Positions 23,242 through 35,800 of a stretch of 64,000 nt of DNA are shown here, one piece after another. A program made the translations under genes and the position numbers. The notes beneath the pieces are model-generated. The model was not told the origin of the DNA. It ran no database searches and was given only the letters and a program-made list of their open reading frames with translations. The first letter of the stretch is position 1. Each line of letters begins with the position of its first letter. Origin of the DNA: Podarcis pityusensis (Eukaryota); the NCBI GenBank assembly GCA_964106645.2, contig OZ067038.1. One strand, given 5' to 3'.

Positions 23242-23824
23242 CGTCAGAATTACCATGGATCATTCAGTGGCATAGGTGCTGTAGCCTGTTGAAGCAAAAA
23301 CAATTAAGACTTCTGGCACATTAAGGACAAACAAATTCAGTAGGACGTTTTGTGGACTACAGTGCATCAGATGGAGGAAGTGGTCTCTTAGTTGCCTTAG
23401 GATCTTCCAGTTACTGTTGTGGTTCAAAGTATTGCCTGACTTGGACTTGGACGCTCTGTCTTCTAGTTCAAACAGCGGTTTCCAATTCTGCTTTGAAGGC
23501 AGACTGATTAGTGTAACGATCTTTTTGCCCATTCAGGATGTAACAGAAATGTGATAGTTGGTGCAGATCAGCAAGTAGCAGAGAGAACTGGAGCCTGTGT
23601 TCTTATCTGGTGGAGGAACTGACAGGGCAAACCACAAGTCTCTGGCTGCAGCCCCAAGGAGTTGCACGAACCTAGCTTCCACCTTCAGTGATAGCTAACC
23701 ACGTGCCTTAGGACAACTCGTAAGAAGGGCACGATCGCACATAGCCATCCCATGATACTGTTCCCAGCGACTGATAATCAAAGGTACACAACTTCTGAAC
23801 AGAGAAGTTCGATGATTAGTTGTA

Positions 23825-24042
23825 CAGTGGTACCTCGGGTAACAGACGCTTCAGGTTACAGACTGCGCTAACCCAGAAATAGTACCTTGGGTTAAGAACT
23901 TTGCTTCAGGATGAGAACAGAAATTGCGCAGCGGCAGTGGGAGGCCCCATTTGCTAAAGTGGTGCTTCAGGTTAAGAACAGTTTCAGGTTAAGAAGGGAC
24001 CTCCAGAACGAATTAAGATCTTAACCCAAGGTACCACCACTG
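23825..24042 (+). mobile_element. pogo/Tigger-like MITE family A
   Basis: TIRs (right TIR has a cca duplication) and TA TSD. Confidence 0.9.
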
Positions 24043-24121
24043 TAATGGCTAGCAGCCATGGGAGACCCAGCTTCAAATCCTCATCCAGTTCACTGGATGT
24101 GCTTGGTCCAATTGCTATCTA

Positions 24122-24472
24122 CAGTGGTGCCCCGCAAGACGAATGCCTCGCAAGACGGAAAACCCGCTAGACGGTTTTCCGTTTTTGAGTTGCTTCGCAG
24201 GACGAATTTCCCTATGGGCTTGCTTCGCAAGACGAAAATGTCTTGTGAGTCTTGAGATTTCTTTTTTCGCTTTCCCCCCCTTTATCTAAGCCACTAAGCC
24301 TTTAATAGCCTTTTAGCAGCTAATCCGATAAGCCGATAAGCCTTTAATAGCCGCTAAACCGCTAATAGCGCTAATCTGTTAAGCCGCTAATAGGGTTGCT
24401 TCGCAAGACGAAAAAACCGCTAGACGAAGACTCTCGCGGAACGGATTAATTTCGTCTTGCGAGGCACCACTG
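24122..24472 (+). mobile_element. pogo/Tigger-like MITE family B
   Basis: TIR cagtggtgcc[ct]cgcaagacgaa and TA TSD, with internal cgcaagacg and gccgctaa repeats. Confidence 0.9.
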
Positions 24473-24481
24473 TATTTAGGC

Positions 24482-24731
24482 CATGGGTAGGCAAACCTAG
24501 GCCCGAGGACCAGATCCGGCCCAATCGCCTTCTAAATCCGGCCCGCAGACGGTCCGGAAATCAACATGTTTTCACATGAGTAGAATGTATGCTTTTATTT
24601 AAAATGCATCTCTGGGTTATTTGTGGGGCATAGGAATTCTTTCACCCCCCCCTTCAAAATATAGTCTGGCCCCCCACAAGGTCTGAGGGACAGTGGACCG
24701 GCCCCCTGCTGAAATAGTTTGCTGACCCCAG
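24482..24731 (-). mobile_element. hAT (Charlie/OC1-like) MITE
   Basis: Reverse complement of the 17621 and 45834 family. Confidence 0.87.
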
Positions 24732-24864
24732 TATGAGGCTAAATTACCTCCCGGTAGTGTTGTGAGAATAAGATGGGGTTTGGGAACGAGCCCCTTGCAT
24801 CCTGCTATGAGGGCTGGTAGGATTTTAAAAATAATAATAATTAAAAATATATATATTTTGGTAC

Positions 24865-25230
24865 AATGGCTTTATCTAAGTTGTCTTAAAAGATACTTGC
24901 GCTAGAGGCCATGTGGCAATGAATTAGGTAAGTTAATTGCCTGCTGTGTTGAAGAAGTGCTTCTTTTGTTTGACTCAAACCGGCTGACAGTCAATTTATG
25001 CGTGCAACTCGGATTCTAGTGTTTTGGGAGAAGGGATTTATCTGTGTTCACTTTCTCTGCACTGATCTTAATTTTGTTAACATCTATCATGCTCCCTCGT
25101 CCCGCTGCTGCTGCTGCCCTTAGTCGCTTTTCTAAGATATAAAAAACAAAACAAAACAAAAACCTAACAACTTTATCAATCTAACTTTATTTGCAGGGGA
25201 AATCTCCATCCTTTCCTGATAATTACACTG
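24865..25230 (-). mobile_element. Old CR1 fragment
   Basis: Resembles the 20985-21667 CR1 sequence (gaagaagtgcttcttttg, ttctagtgtt). Boundaries approximate. Confidence 0.5.
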
Positions 25231-26911
25231 AGCTTCATGGATGGGGGAAGGGTGTTTTCTTTGCGTGTTTGGCAGCACTTTTGAACTATTTCAGTCTCTT
25301 TCCTATGTATTTGCTAATGTTAAATGTATGCCCTTTGCAGGGAAAGGGCCAGGCTGGGAGAGACCCATTTCTGAAGTCTTGCAGAGCCTCTACCAAGTCA
25401 AGCCTATTACTTGTGAGCACATTTGTGCACAAATTACGGGCTGTTGTTTTCTTTTTAAAAAAAATTGTCTGTAGAAGGAAACATTTTTAAACATTGTTTC
25501 ATTAACCCACAGCTTTATTGAACATGTCTGGCATCCTAATTTTCCCTTGGCAACTTCCCTACAAATGCCACCGAAGTAAAATGTGGTGGTGGAGAAGGAG
25601 GAGGAAATGCTTTCAAAGAAATCTTAACAGCACTCTCAGAAACAAGCAAAAAAAGGAGGGGGAAGCTTTAGTCAAAATGCTTAAGTGTTTGAACTAGATA
25701 GCTTGATTTGAAAATATATTTCTCCAAAGTTATACTGGATATGTTGTAAGCAACCCAAGAGGGACTCAGGTGTTTTCGATCCTTTGCTCACGTCTTCTGA
25801 AAACTATTTTAAGAAAATGGCAACGGCTAGAACTCTGCTGCAGAACCAGAGAGTTCTGCTCTTTGCCACTATGCCAAGCAGTATATATAAATTTGTTCTT
25901 GAAGTAAGTCGTTTCTCTGACTTCAGCAGCTTCCCGCTGATGGGACACAAACTCAAAACTGGTTAGTACTCCTGTTTGCTGTTCATGGGAAAAGAGGCAT
26001 GGGCTCCTCCCAAATTTATATAGGCACGATTCCAGTAGCTTAGATCTTAGTGTGTCACCCAGTAAGATTGCTGTACAAATATGAAAATAGGAGAATTGCA
26101 TGCTAACAATGGAAGGCAGTCTGTCATTGAAGAGGGATGGAGGTGAGAAGATTTTAACTTGTTTATTTCTAATTAGTTTATATTTCTGGAAGAAGTTTCT
26201 GGGGATAATGAGAAATTGTTAACCCCAACATTAGTTTATTTTACAACGTAGTAAAAATATTATGAGCCCTATCCATCCTGAGTTCAAGCACTTTTAAATA
26301 CTCAAAACAGGAGACTTTAAACGTGTTTGAACATTAGATGGATGGTGCCCTAAATGTCTTGGCATAAACACATTAAAATATTGAAATATATTTTAATTAG
26401 TCCAGTTACTTTTCTGTTTCTTCTCTTCCTTGACTTGCGAAGAATACTGCTAGCTGTTGCTAGGTAACACCTAATTGTGATATTAACTGCCAGCAGCTGT
26501 CAGAAGGAGCGGTAAATTCTTTTATCTTGTTAACAAAATTTACTAAAGCGATGGCAAGACATAAATATTCATTTTTTAATTTCAAAATTTTATAATGCTG
26601 CAATGTAGACTAGGCTGTGACTAGGTTTTATATATTAGCAATTCTTTGTAGAACTTCTGGCTAAAGAAACAGTCTCTAATCCTACTTCTACCTCGTTCCT
26701 GCCCTAAACGTTAGCAGATCATTGTATTGTACGTTGTTGAAGGCTGTTTTCAGATTGCCAAGTGATTATTTATAAACATAGATATGAACATTAGTAAGAC
26801 CTGTTGGCGTTCACAAGTGTAGATGGATTCCTGATTGCAAATCCTTCTCTCCCGCTTTGATGACTAGCTGTGAGGACTAAGCTCCTTTCAATTCCTGCCA
26901 GTCATAAAGTA

Positions 26912-27140
26912 CAGTGGTGCCTCGCAAGACGAAAAACGCGCAAGACGAAAGAGTTTTCCGTTTTTTGAGTCGTTCCGCAAGACGAATTTCCCTATGGGCT
27001 TGCTTCGCAAGACGAAACGTCTTGCGAGTTCTTGCGAGTTTGTTTCCTTTTTCTTTAAGCCGCTAAGCCGCTAATAGCCGTGCTTCGCAAGACGAAGAGA
27101 CTCGCGGAACGAATTAATTTCGTCTTGCGAGGCACCACTG
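26912..27140 (+). mobile_element. pogo/Tigger-like MITE family B (short variant)
   Basis: TIR cagtggtgcctcgcaagacgaaa and TA TSD. Confidence 0.9.
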
Positions 27141-27240
27141 TATTGGACTTGGTTTATGTTGGAACAGTAGCTGCTGTTGGGCAAGATGCAAAGAGCCCCA
27201 TGCACACTCAGAAAGCAGTTCTGCAATCAAGATGCTGACA

Positions 27241-27407
27241 GGCTGTAACTCAGAGGTAGAGCTTTGGCTTTGCATGCCTAAGGCCCCAGATTCTACCCCT
27301 GGTATCTCCAGGTGGGGCTACAAGGGTTCCCTGCCTGAAACCCTGGAAAGCAGCTACCAGTGGGAACTATATACTAAGCTTATTGGATTAGTGAAGTGAC
27401 TTGGGTA
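27241..27407 (+). mobile_element. Old tRNA-derived SINE
   Basis: Degenerate A/B boxes plus the cctgcctgaaaccctggaaagcagctaccag body. Relatives at about 28120-28268 (-), 43943-44050 (+) and 8110-8215 (-). Confidence 0.55.
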
Positions 27408-28113
27408 TGTAAGAGTGTGGCAATTTCCCCATATTCTGGCTGCAGTACCTTTTCAAGAGACTGCAAAGGGAAGGGCTATAAGACCCCTGGTGCCAAACAC
27501 AAGTGGCTTCCTTACCCAAGTCAGATTGCTTTCAGGGCTGGAGTTGGGTAGGTCAGCAACCAAACAATAAATCACCATAGGCCACTGAAGTTAACTCTTT
27601 ATTCAAGGAAGCAAACCACAACTGGAGGTCTTGCCCCGACGGAAGCATTTGCGAGGACTGAAGGTCCCTGCCCACTAGATCTCCTCATCTCCAAGGTCTT
27701 TCTCGTGCAGTCTCAGCCTGCATCTGCACACAACCTCCTCTTGATCTGGCTGTTTCATTACTCTTGTGTGTGCTAGGAGACCAGGGTGGAGGAGAGCTGG
27801 TCGCAGCAGGAGGGGGAGACTCCCTGGCTTCTTCCACAGCCGGCCTCCCTGCCTCCTGGCCCTACTCCTCCCCAGCCCCGCTTCTGCCTCGGTGTCTGAA
27901 CTGTTCCCTGCTGCAACATCTTCCTGTTCACTAAACACTGTCACTACTTCTGCTTCCAACACCGACGCCTCCTCCTAGCCTGCTCCTTCTCCTTCTGACC
28001 ACTCATCACCTTCCCACCACCAATCCTCTGGTTCTGAGCCTTCTTCCCTGGGGGGTTCCATAGCTGGTGCCTCTCACCGCTCTTCTGCATACAGCCAGTC
28101 CATGACCCTGGCA
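27408..28113 (-). mobile_element. Probable solo LTR
   Basis: TG...CA termini and the same pyrimidine-rich layout as the 19521 LTR. Minus-strand AATAAA near 27598. TSD decayed (gggta / tagta). Confidence 0.55.
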
Positions 28114-31100
28114 TAGTATCATCTGCATTGACTGTTGGTGGCTCTCCGGGTTTCAGGCAAGGGTCTTTCTCAGCCGTATCTGAGGGGTGGGGAGGTGGGA
28201 GAGACAAGGATTGAACCTTGGACCCTTTGCGTGCAAATAATGTGCTCTTATCATTGAACTTTGGCCCCTTAAACCCCCTGCCAATATACAAAAAAACATA
28301 CAAGATAAACTACAAGACTTTGAGTAATCAGAATGCCTTGGACTATGTATGTACTGGGGTTTTTTCCTCCCTTTTGGTGAAATACCTAAAGTTTGATTCC
28401 ACTCTGAACCGCTCCTCCTCCTCAAGCAGTAGTTAGCCCTGTTGTTAGTCATTCTGTCTCCCATGGATGGAAATTCTTTGGGGCGTGACACCAGGATCTG
28501 CCCCAAAATGGTTGCTTTGCTAGCCTTGCCCAGTGCCATCTTGTGCTAGACCTTGTGACTCCTGTACGAACAACTATGAAGCGTTGGGTGCTTTGCCAAT
28601 GTGCAGGGAATTCAGAGAACTCTGGGTTAGCAGGGGTGGGGTTTAGGTTTCTTGGAAAGGGGTTGATTGTTCCTGGTGGCTCAATTTCTCCCCCTCGTGA
28701 CTCTGATAAAAACCTGTTTTGCATGAGTGCTGCCAATATAGTATTTACTTTTGTCATTTCCCTTGAATGCCCTCAGTTCACTGCCCCACCTCCTCAAATC
28801 ACAAATAGATTTGTTGATGTTTTGGCCAAGGTAGATATTCGTATTGCTGCTTTAAGAGTGAAAAAATCAGGAAGTATATGAAGTGCTTGTTGAGTTTTAT
28901 GATTTTATAATCTATTTAAGAGGTGAAAGCTGAAAATGACCATATGGTCACTAAAACCATTATTGGTTTTAACATGCATTGGCTTTAATATGTCAATAAT
29001 ATGCCATCACTTGTAATGGATAGAAAATTTAACTTTTCAACTCTGCGGTGGGCCTGTGTATCTTGTGTGAGGTTTAAGAGGAACATGAAAATGATGACAT
29101 CATCAGGCCCCTTTTTTCAACACAGAAAACAGTTTGTGCTGTACTTGAAAGTTTTTGCTTCTCCTTGAGTAAATGCAAATAACAGCTGAAATTAAAACCT
29201 AATTTTAAGGAGAAATAGTGATGACTTGGATAAATGGAGGCTTACAAACAAGAGGCTTCTGTTCTCACATTATTAGCTTAGTATGTCACTTGAATGTTGC
29301 AAGGCACCCAACTGCAGTGACCGCGTGTGTGCATGTGTGTAAAATCTTCCTTGTGTAACTAGTTGCGGTCAGGCACTAATAGCCTTTTCCTTCTCTTCTT
29401 TTTTCTAAATTGAATTCATTTTCCTGGGAGGGAAATACCCACCCTTCTATATTTAGGTAGAAGATGCATCCCCCATTTAAGGGAATATTTTTCAGTCTGT
29501 TTTGAAAGATCTTGATTCTAATGGATGCTTTCTTCTCTTTCCTTTCCCCCTTAAGCTTACCATTTCCAGGTTTATAAGCCTGTAGTAGACTGAAGGGAAG
29601 TCGGGACAGAACTCATTCATGAAGAATAAGGTTTCAATGGTTGCTAGCCGCAACGACTGTTCTGTTGGAGGCGGTGCCTCTGAAACCAGTCAGTGGGAAA
29701 TGCAGTTGGAGAGAGTGCTGTTGAGCTTAGGATCTGCTTGTTGGCTTCCCACAGGAATCTGTGTGACAACAGTGAGGACAGAATGCAACCCAAAGCGACA
29801 TACAACAATAAATAAAATAGCACACATTATTTGTTGTTGCTTTTAATAAACTAGGCAATATGTACTTTGGCTGAAACGGTGTGATAGAAAGGATTTGGCA
29901 TCTGAATATAGATGCAGGGCATATTTGCATGCAGAATGCAGTGTTTGACATGTGCAAGGCAGTTATGTTGGCTATTGTGTGTGGGGGGGTGTCTCAGCTG
30001 TTGCTTGTAGAAGCAGCTAATCCACTCTAATACACCTGCTATGACTATAATTAAAACCTGCCCAGCAGTGGGTATGAAGACGTGTGAAGGTTGGGCTGAA
30101 TCATCAATCTAAAGGTTGTGCAAATTGGCGGTAATGTGATGATCGTTCCATAAGAAGATGATGACTGTTTGTGCCTCCATCTATTTCCTTAGCTGCAATT
30201 TATTCTATCTATTAAGACAGAGCAGAGCAGGGATGTGGCAGATCGTAAACCTTGCCTGATTCAACTTTCAGACGTCCTCGTGTCAATGAAGTTAAGAAAA
30301 TAACTGGACATAGTTCCATTTATCTATTGGATCAAATGTCTTTGGTTAGTTGATTTAGTGCTGATAGTGTGCCGCAAACCTGAAATTAAGCTGCAAGTCT
30401 CTGCATATCAAGAGTTGTTTCCTAGCTACAGTGATGCCATTGGTGATTAGATAGGCCGCTCTCAAGTTGGCCCCAAATCTCACAGCGTTGTGGGTGTGTG
30501 GGTGTGTTTTGCCTTTAAGCATTGTGTGATGAAATAGCTTCAGGGTTTAACCAAGAGCATCTAATATAGCTTTAAAAAAACCCTTTTTCTAAGCTGAAGA
30601 GGAGATAATGTCTTTCTCCAATTCTGATACCCCGAAGCCTTTGAATTGGAGAAAATTGTTAACCTTTGTAGAACATCATGCGATTTGACCTGTGGACATA
30701 CACATGTATAGACATGATCCATCAACACACACACATAGTTGTTGACAGATTTCATAGGCAGAATGCCTGTGCACAAACTTGTTGATATATACACGTGCAA
30801 ACTTCAAAATTCACACCGCCACCTGTGAAGCCTAACTTCCAGAAGATTGCACCCGGAAAGACCCACCTTTGCCGCCATAAGAAGTTGTCCTCTAGGTTGC
30901 AATAAAACAGCATCTGGTTCAGGGTTGGTTTATGCAAGCAACAGATGCCGCCTTTGGTTTATACTTTTTAAAATGGGAAGTGAGATCTGGCTTATGGAGT
31001 GTGAGTGTGTCAAGCATTTTTGCATTTCAGAAGTAAGCTTAATGTATGTTTTGCCGGGCTATGAATTTATTATGTTTTTTTAAATTGTGTGTGGGAGAAA

Positions 31101-31371
31101 TATTTTTGTTTCTAGATTTCTCTTCCCTCCCTTCTTAAAAGTGTGTGGGCCGACATTGGGCTGAGTTTCTTCTTGTGAATAGAATGTGATAGTTAAATAA
31201 TTATTTTTTTTAATGAAGAGCTAAGCCCTACGCTTTAAAAACAAAATGCTCTGTTCTTACCACAGTGAAACAGATGCCACGCTTTAAAAAAAAGGAAGAA
31301 GAAGGTATAATTATGCCAACTGCGAAATCACATAAAGATTTTCTTTACACTTCTTTTTTTATTGCCTTCAG

Positions 31372-31436
31372 CACATCAGGTCCACCTATTTGGCCAGGAA
31401 GCACCTTTTTCAAGCGAAATGGAGCCCTTCTGCAAG
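31372..31436 (+). CDS. FOXN3: FOXN3 next coding exon (65 nt)
   Basis: ttcttttttattgccttcag acceptor and CAAG|gtaggt donor. Joins the previous exon in frame (AG+C = Ser), giving [22 protein letters not shown], a recognised FOXN3 segment. Confidence 0.95.
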
Positions 31437-31553
31437 GTAGGTCATATATTCCATTTTTCTTCCCTTGACATCTTCCCTTCTCCCTCCCCGTCATTAATTC
31501 TTTTGAGCATTATCATGATTTTCACAAGCTTTCTGGAAAGAAGCTGTGGTGGA

Positions 31554-31556
<3 letters not shown>

Positions 31557-31584
<28 letters not shown>
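31557..31584. repeat. (GT)n microsatellite
   Basis: Seen directly, about 120 nt downstream of the 65-nt exon. Confidence 0.95.
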
Positions 31585-32623
31585 ACACCACAGATATATA
31601 AATATATATATTTCTCTGTGCCTACCTTTATAACATGCAAAACATTTATTGGAAAAGGTTACAGTGTGTTGTGAAGGTGGCTCTCTTCTTCCTTCCTTCC
31701 CTCTCTCCCCCCCTCCATGTACATCATTGATTTTGTTATCTCCCATTTCTAGCAAAGTCAACAGAGTTTATGCAGGACATGTTCCGGTAACTTTCAATTG
31801 TGTTGATAAAGATAATAACTTTGCTCCTTATTGCGCCTGTGCAAAAATAACTTGCAGCAATTGTCTGCCAGCTCTACAGCAGCAGAAGGTGATTGATATA
31901 AAGGCACAAAGTCTTCCGTTTTTGAAATTTTGTTATATTCCGACCGTTTCCCCTATTCAGTACTGGAGAGATGTGTATATCTGTGAGGCTTCTTTTTTCC
32001 CATTAGAATAATCTTAACTAGTACATTATGCATTTGTAACTTGGAAATTGGATCTGATGCAACTTGGAGCATCACTTTCATGCTTGTGTGTGTGCGCCAC
32101 ATTCTGAATCATAATTGTAATCCGATCTAGACTCGGGTTATCTTTTGGGTATAGTTTTATCAGCTGTACTTCCAGGCTGCTATTCTGTGAAATTCGATTG
32201 CACATATCAATAGGAGATCTGCCTATCTTTCCATAACTCTTGGGAGGCAGTAATCAGAACACGTAACCAAAATCTGGCAGCCAGCTATGGCTACTGCTTC
32301 ATTTGCATTTAGAAAAGACAAGGAGGCTAATTTTCTAGATTAATGGAGGTACTTGTCTTTTGTGTTTTTCCATGGATTGCATTTGCTGAAAATGTCTGTA
32401 AATATCAGGTTGTAGTGAAAGATTACATAGTACTTTATGGAGATGATGCTGCTTAAATGAATTTGATGCCAAATGAAAATTTGAAGGCCAGCCTCCCTAC
32501 CTGATGCAAAAGCAGCACTCAAAACAGGGAAACGGCCATGTTTTAAGGAAGCAATTATTATCTGTACATAAGGCGCAGTGATCACGGTTCCATATCCAAA
32601 GTAAGATTACCATTTTGGCTTTA

Positions 32624-32854
32624 TAGTGGTACCTCGGGTTACATACGCTTCAGGTTACATACGCTTCAGGTTACAGACTCCGCTAACCCAGAAATATTAC
32701 CTCGGGTTAAGAACTTTACCTCAGGATGAGAACAGAAATCATGTGGCGGCAGCAGGAGGCCCCATTAGCTAAAGTGGTGCTTCAGGTTAAGAACAGTTTC
32801 AGGTTAAGAACAGACCTCCAGAACGAATTAAGTACTTAAGCCGAGGTACCACTG
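32624..32854 (+). mobile_element. pogo/Tigger-like MITE family A
   Basis: TIRs (first base C>T) and TA TSD. Confidence 0.9.
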
Positions 32855-35800
32855 TATAGCCTTGGAATGTGTGAACGCAAAGTCTGGGGGACTCATTATC
32901 CACTGTATTTCCCCCTTTAAGCTATTTATATATTGCAGTTCATCCAAAAATACCACAGTGCTTCACAAATTTTAAAAAGCACCTAACGAAAACACCACTA
33001 AAATAATGCAAAACCATGCAAAATAAAACCCAAACAGCCGAACAATGAAGCAGCAGCAGCACATACCAAAAATAGCACAGTTGTCTAGCAATAGCTGGCC
33101 AGCATACGGCCAAGCTGACTGCTTTTGAATCCCATGTTACAATCTGTGGCTGGGAAAGTTTTGTTTTGATATTTTCCCTCTTCTGGTCCATAGAATGGAC
33201 TGCCCTGAAAACACATTCAGATTTCTTGCGTGTGCCGTATTACAGACTGGTTTACAAATGGCTCTCTCCTCTTGTTCCCCCACCCCCACCCCAGCTCACC
33301 CCTCCACACCAAATTGTAAGAACTTAATATTGTGGATTAGGAGGAAATGGAAGGTGAAGCAGAGTTTCGATGCTCAATGAAATGGGTAGGTTTGAGCAGC
33401 TAGCTAGGTCGAAATTCAAAAACCACTGTAGAATCCTGGGAATATGAATGTGTTAAATTAAGAACCAGGCAAGTTTTCATCATTTAGAGGAATAAGCACA
33501 TCTGGGCTTTTGTTAGTTTAGAATTCTAGTTCATTTGGACTAGGCTAGAGTGCAGTATCTAAAGAAGGCTGAATTTTAGCAGCTATACCTTCCACCATCT
33601 ATCATGTGGCACGTGCAGGAACAGCTGCCTAACCCAAAATTCTCACCTTGGGACAACAATAAGGGCATAAAACCTTGTTTTATAAATGAAGGCATAAAAC
33701 CATTGTCTTGGCAGACATCTTGACAATCTTATTTTCAGCTATGTGCCCAAAAACTATTTTATATATTAATGATGATGGCAGTGTTCAAATGCCTCCTGTG
33801 AAAAATGCTACTCTGTGAAATTCAAGTAACAATAAGGCCTCGAGTCACAAGACCTCGAGGGCAATACTTATAAATAAAACAAATCATTCTTTAAAAAGTG
33901 TACAGCTTCTCCCACACCAATAATTATTTTTTCTAGGGATTGTGGATGAAACAACCCAAATTTGTATATATGTATGTGTGTGTATATATTTAATTTTAAT
34001 TTTTATTCATTTTTATTGTCTTTATTTTTTTATTTCTTTATTATTTTATGTTACTGAATTACATGTTCTTGCATTTATTTATTTATTTATTTATTTATAT
34101 ACATACAATCTTATTTGAGCTCAGTGCTGCCTCACAGTAATTTGAGGGAGGTTCATAGTAGTGGCTGGTTATAACAAGCGGCCTTGCTCATTCCAGCACG
34201 TGTGTGTGTGTGTTGAAAATACAGATCGGCAAATCAAAGCAATACAATCAGTCTTATATAGTCAGCAGCCTCAGGGTACTTCCCATTGAATATGATACAT
34301 CCGTTTTTCCTAGGAATTATCCAGAATCATAAACACATGGTACACACAAACACACAAAAAAAAACCAAGGAACAATGTGAAAGATTTTGAAGTCCTACAA
34401 ATAGATTCCCTTGGAATGTTCATATGGTCAGTAAAACACATTAACATTGCATGTATTCTCTCCTGTTGCATTACTGATGCTACCACGCTTTTGCAGTCTT
34501 TTGGCAATATTTCAGACTTAGAGTTCTGCATTTTCAGTTACTGATATAAAATAATTATTGGCTGAGCATTAAATAACCAACCAGTGACACCATCTTCCTT
34601 GTAAAGTTGCTGTTCAAAGCCCAAGTGCACTTAATATACTGATGGAGTGATTTTAAAAGAGAAATTTCCAGTGTCAGCTTCATGATTAAATATTTGGTGG
34701 ATTAGTTCTGTTTTGGGTTACCATTGGAAGAGAGGTCAAGGTTTTTGTTATCCATGTCCTTGCAATGAACCTAAACATCTCAGAAAGCTTTACTAAGACT
34801 GCACTTCTTTTCACACTTGCCTGGAAATTAACTACACTGAGCACAGTGGGATGTGAGTAAAGCTCTGAGTAAACATGGATAGGATTGCGTTTTCCATGCG
34901 TGTATGCATAAGTACATGGACTTTTGTACAGCTTGCAGTTGAATGGATGAGAGCTGTGCAGGGTGTTGAAGAGACGTGTTCCTTGTCCGATATGATTATG
35001 GTCAAGGTAGGCAGAACATAGTTTCAGGAGAAGGGAAGAGTGGTGCAACACAGCAAGAACCATGGATGGAACAAGACTCGGCTCGAACTATGATTTTCTC
35101 GTGATTAGGACAGTTCGTTCCTGTGATAAAAATCTGCGTCTTGAGACTTTCTAACACCCGTATTCTTCTGCACATTTGGAACAGGATGAAAAGGTACAGA
35201 GGTGAACATTGAAGAAAATGTCAAGGAACGTAGAAGTGGATCTGATCTGTAATACATCTAAAATAAATGTTAATAGGGCAGAGCATTTTTAATAGGTCAG
35301 TATTTTAAGTTCAGCAGTGAAGGTAGAGGTATTCTTGTTAGCACAGTTGTAGGTTTAAATATCAAGGGGACTGGCCTTGGTACAATGGTCTCTTACTTAA
35401 AAATATTTTGCTTACCCATATTCGAATGCTAAAGTCTTACTACTAGATTCATCCAGTGGCTCTAACAACATCTATTCAGGTAAGAAAACCACCAGATTCC
35501 TGTGGAGTAGCAGACTTTCACCAAGTCTATGTTACAGTGAATGTTGGTTAGAACTAATGACTGGCTACTTGTCTTTATTTCACTGTGGCTTTAGGCAGAG
35601 TGGTTGCAATTGGAGGGATAACTTGAGCAGGCTGCACAAATCCTGCGGAAAGCTTTTGAAATAGAAATGTTGTGTTGTGTTTTAACTATGGTCATTAGTA
35701 AGATGGGGCAAAATTGAAGGGGTAGCTAGGGTGGGACTGACAGTTTTCAGCAGTAGCAAGCATAATGGGGATGCTGGGCCAGCAAGTATTTAAAATATCC

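Larger units (their letters stand above)
982..31371 (+). other. FOXN3: FOXN3 intron (30.4 kb, GT-AG)
   Basis: Bounded by the two exons above, with compatible phase 2. Confidence 0.88.

Noticed and set aside
24280-24395. Short iterated repeats suggestive of a CRISPR or iteron array
   Set aside because: No unique spacers; it is the internal array of a MITE in a vertebrate genome.
30136-30260. Possible C/D snoRNA (gtgatga boxes)
   Set aside because: No convincing terminal stem or properly placed D box.
31265-31468. 67-aa ORF as a standalone gene
   Set aside because: Only 31372-31436 is coding; the rest is intron read in frame.
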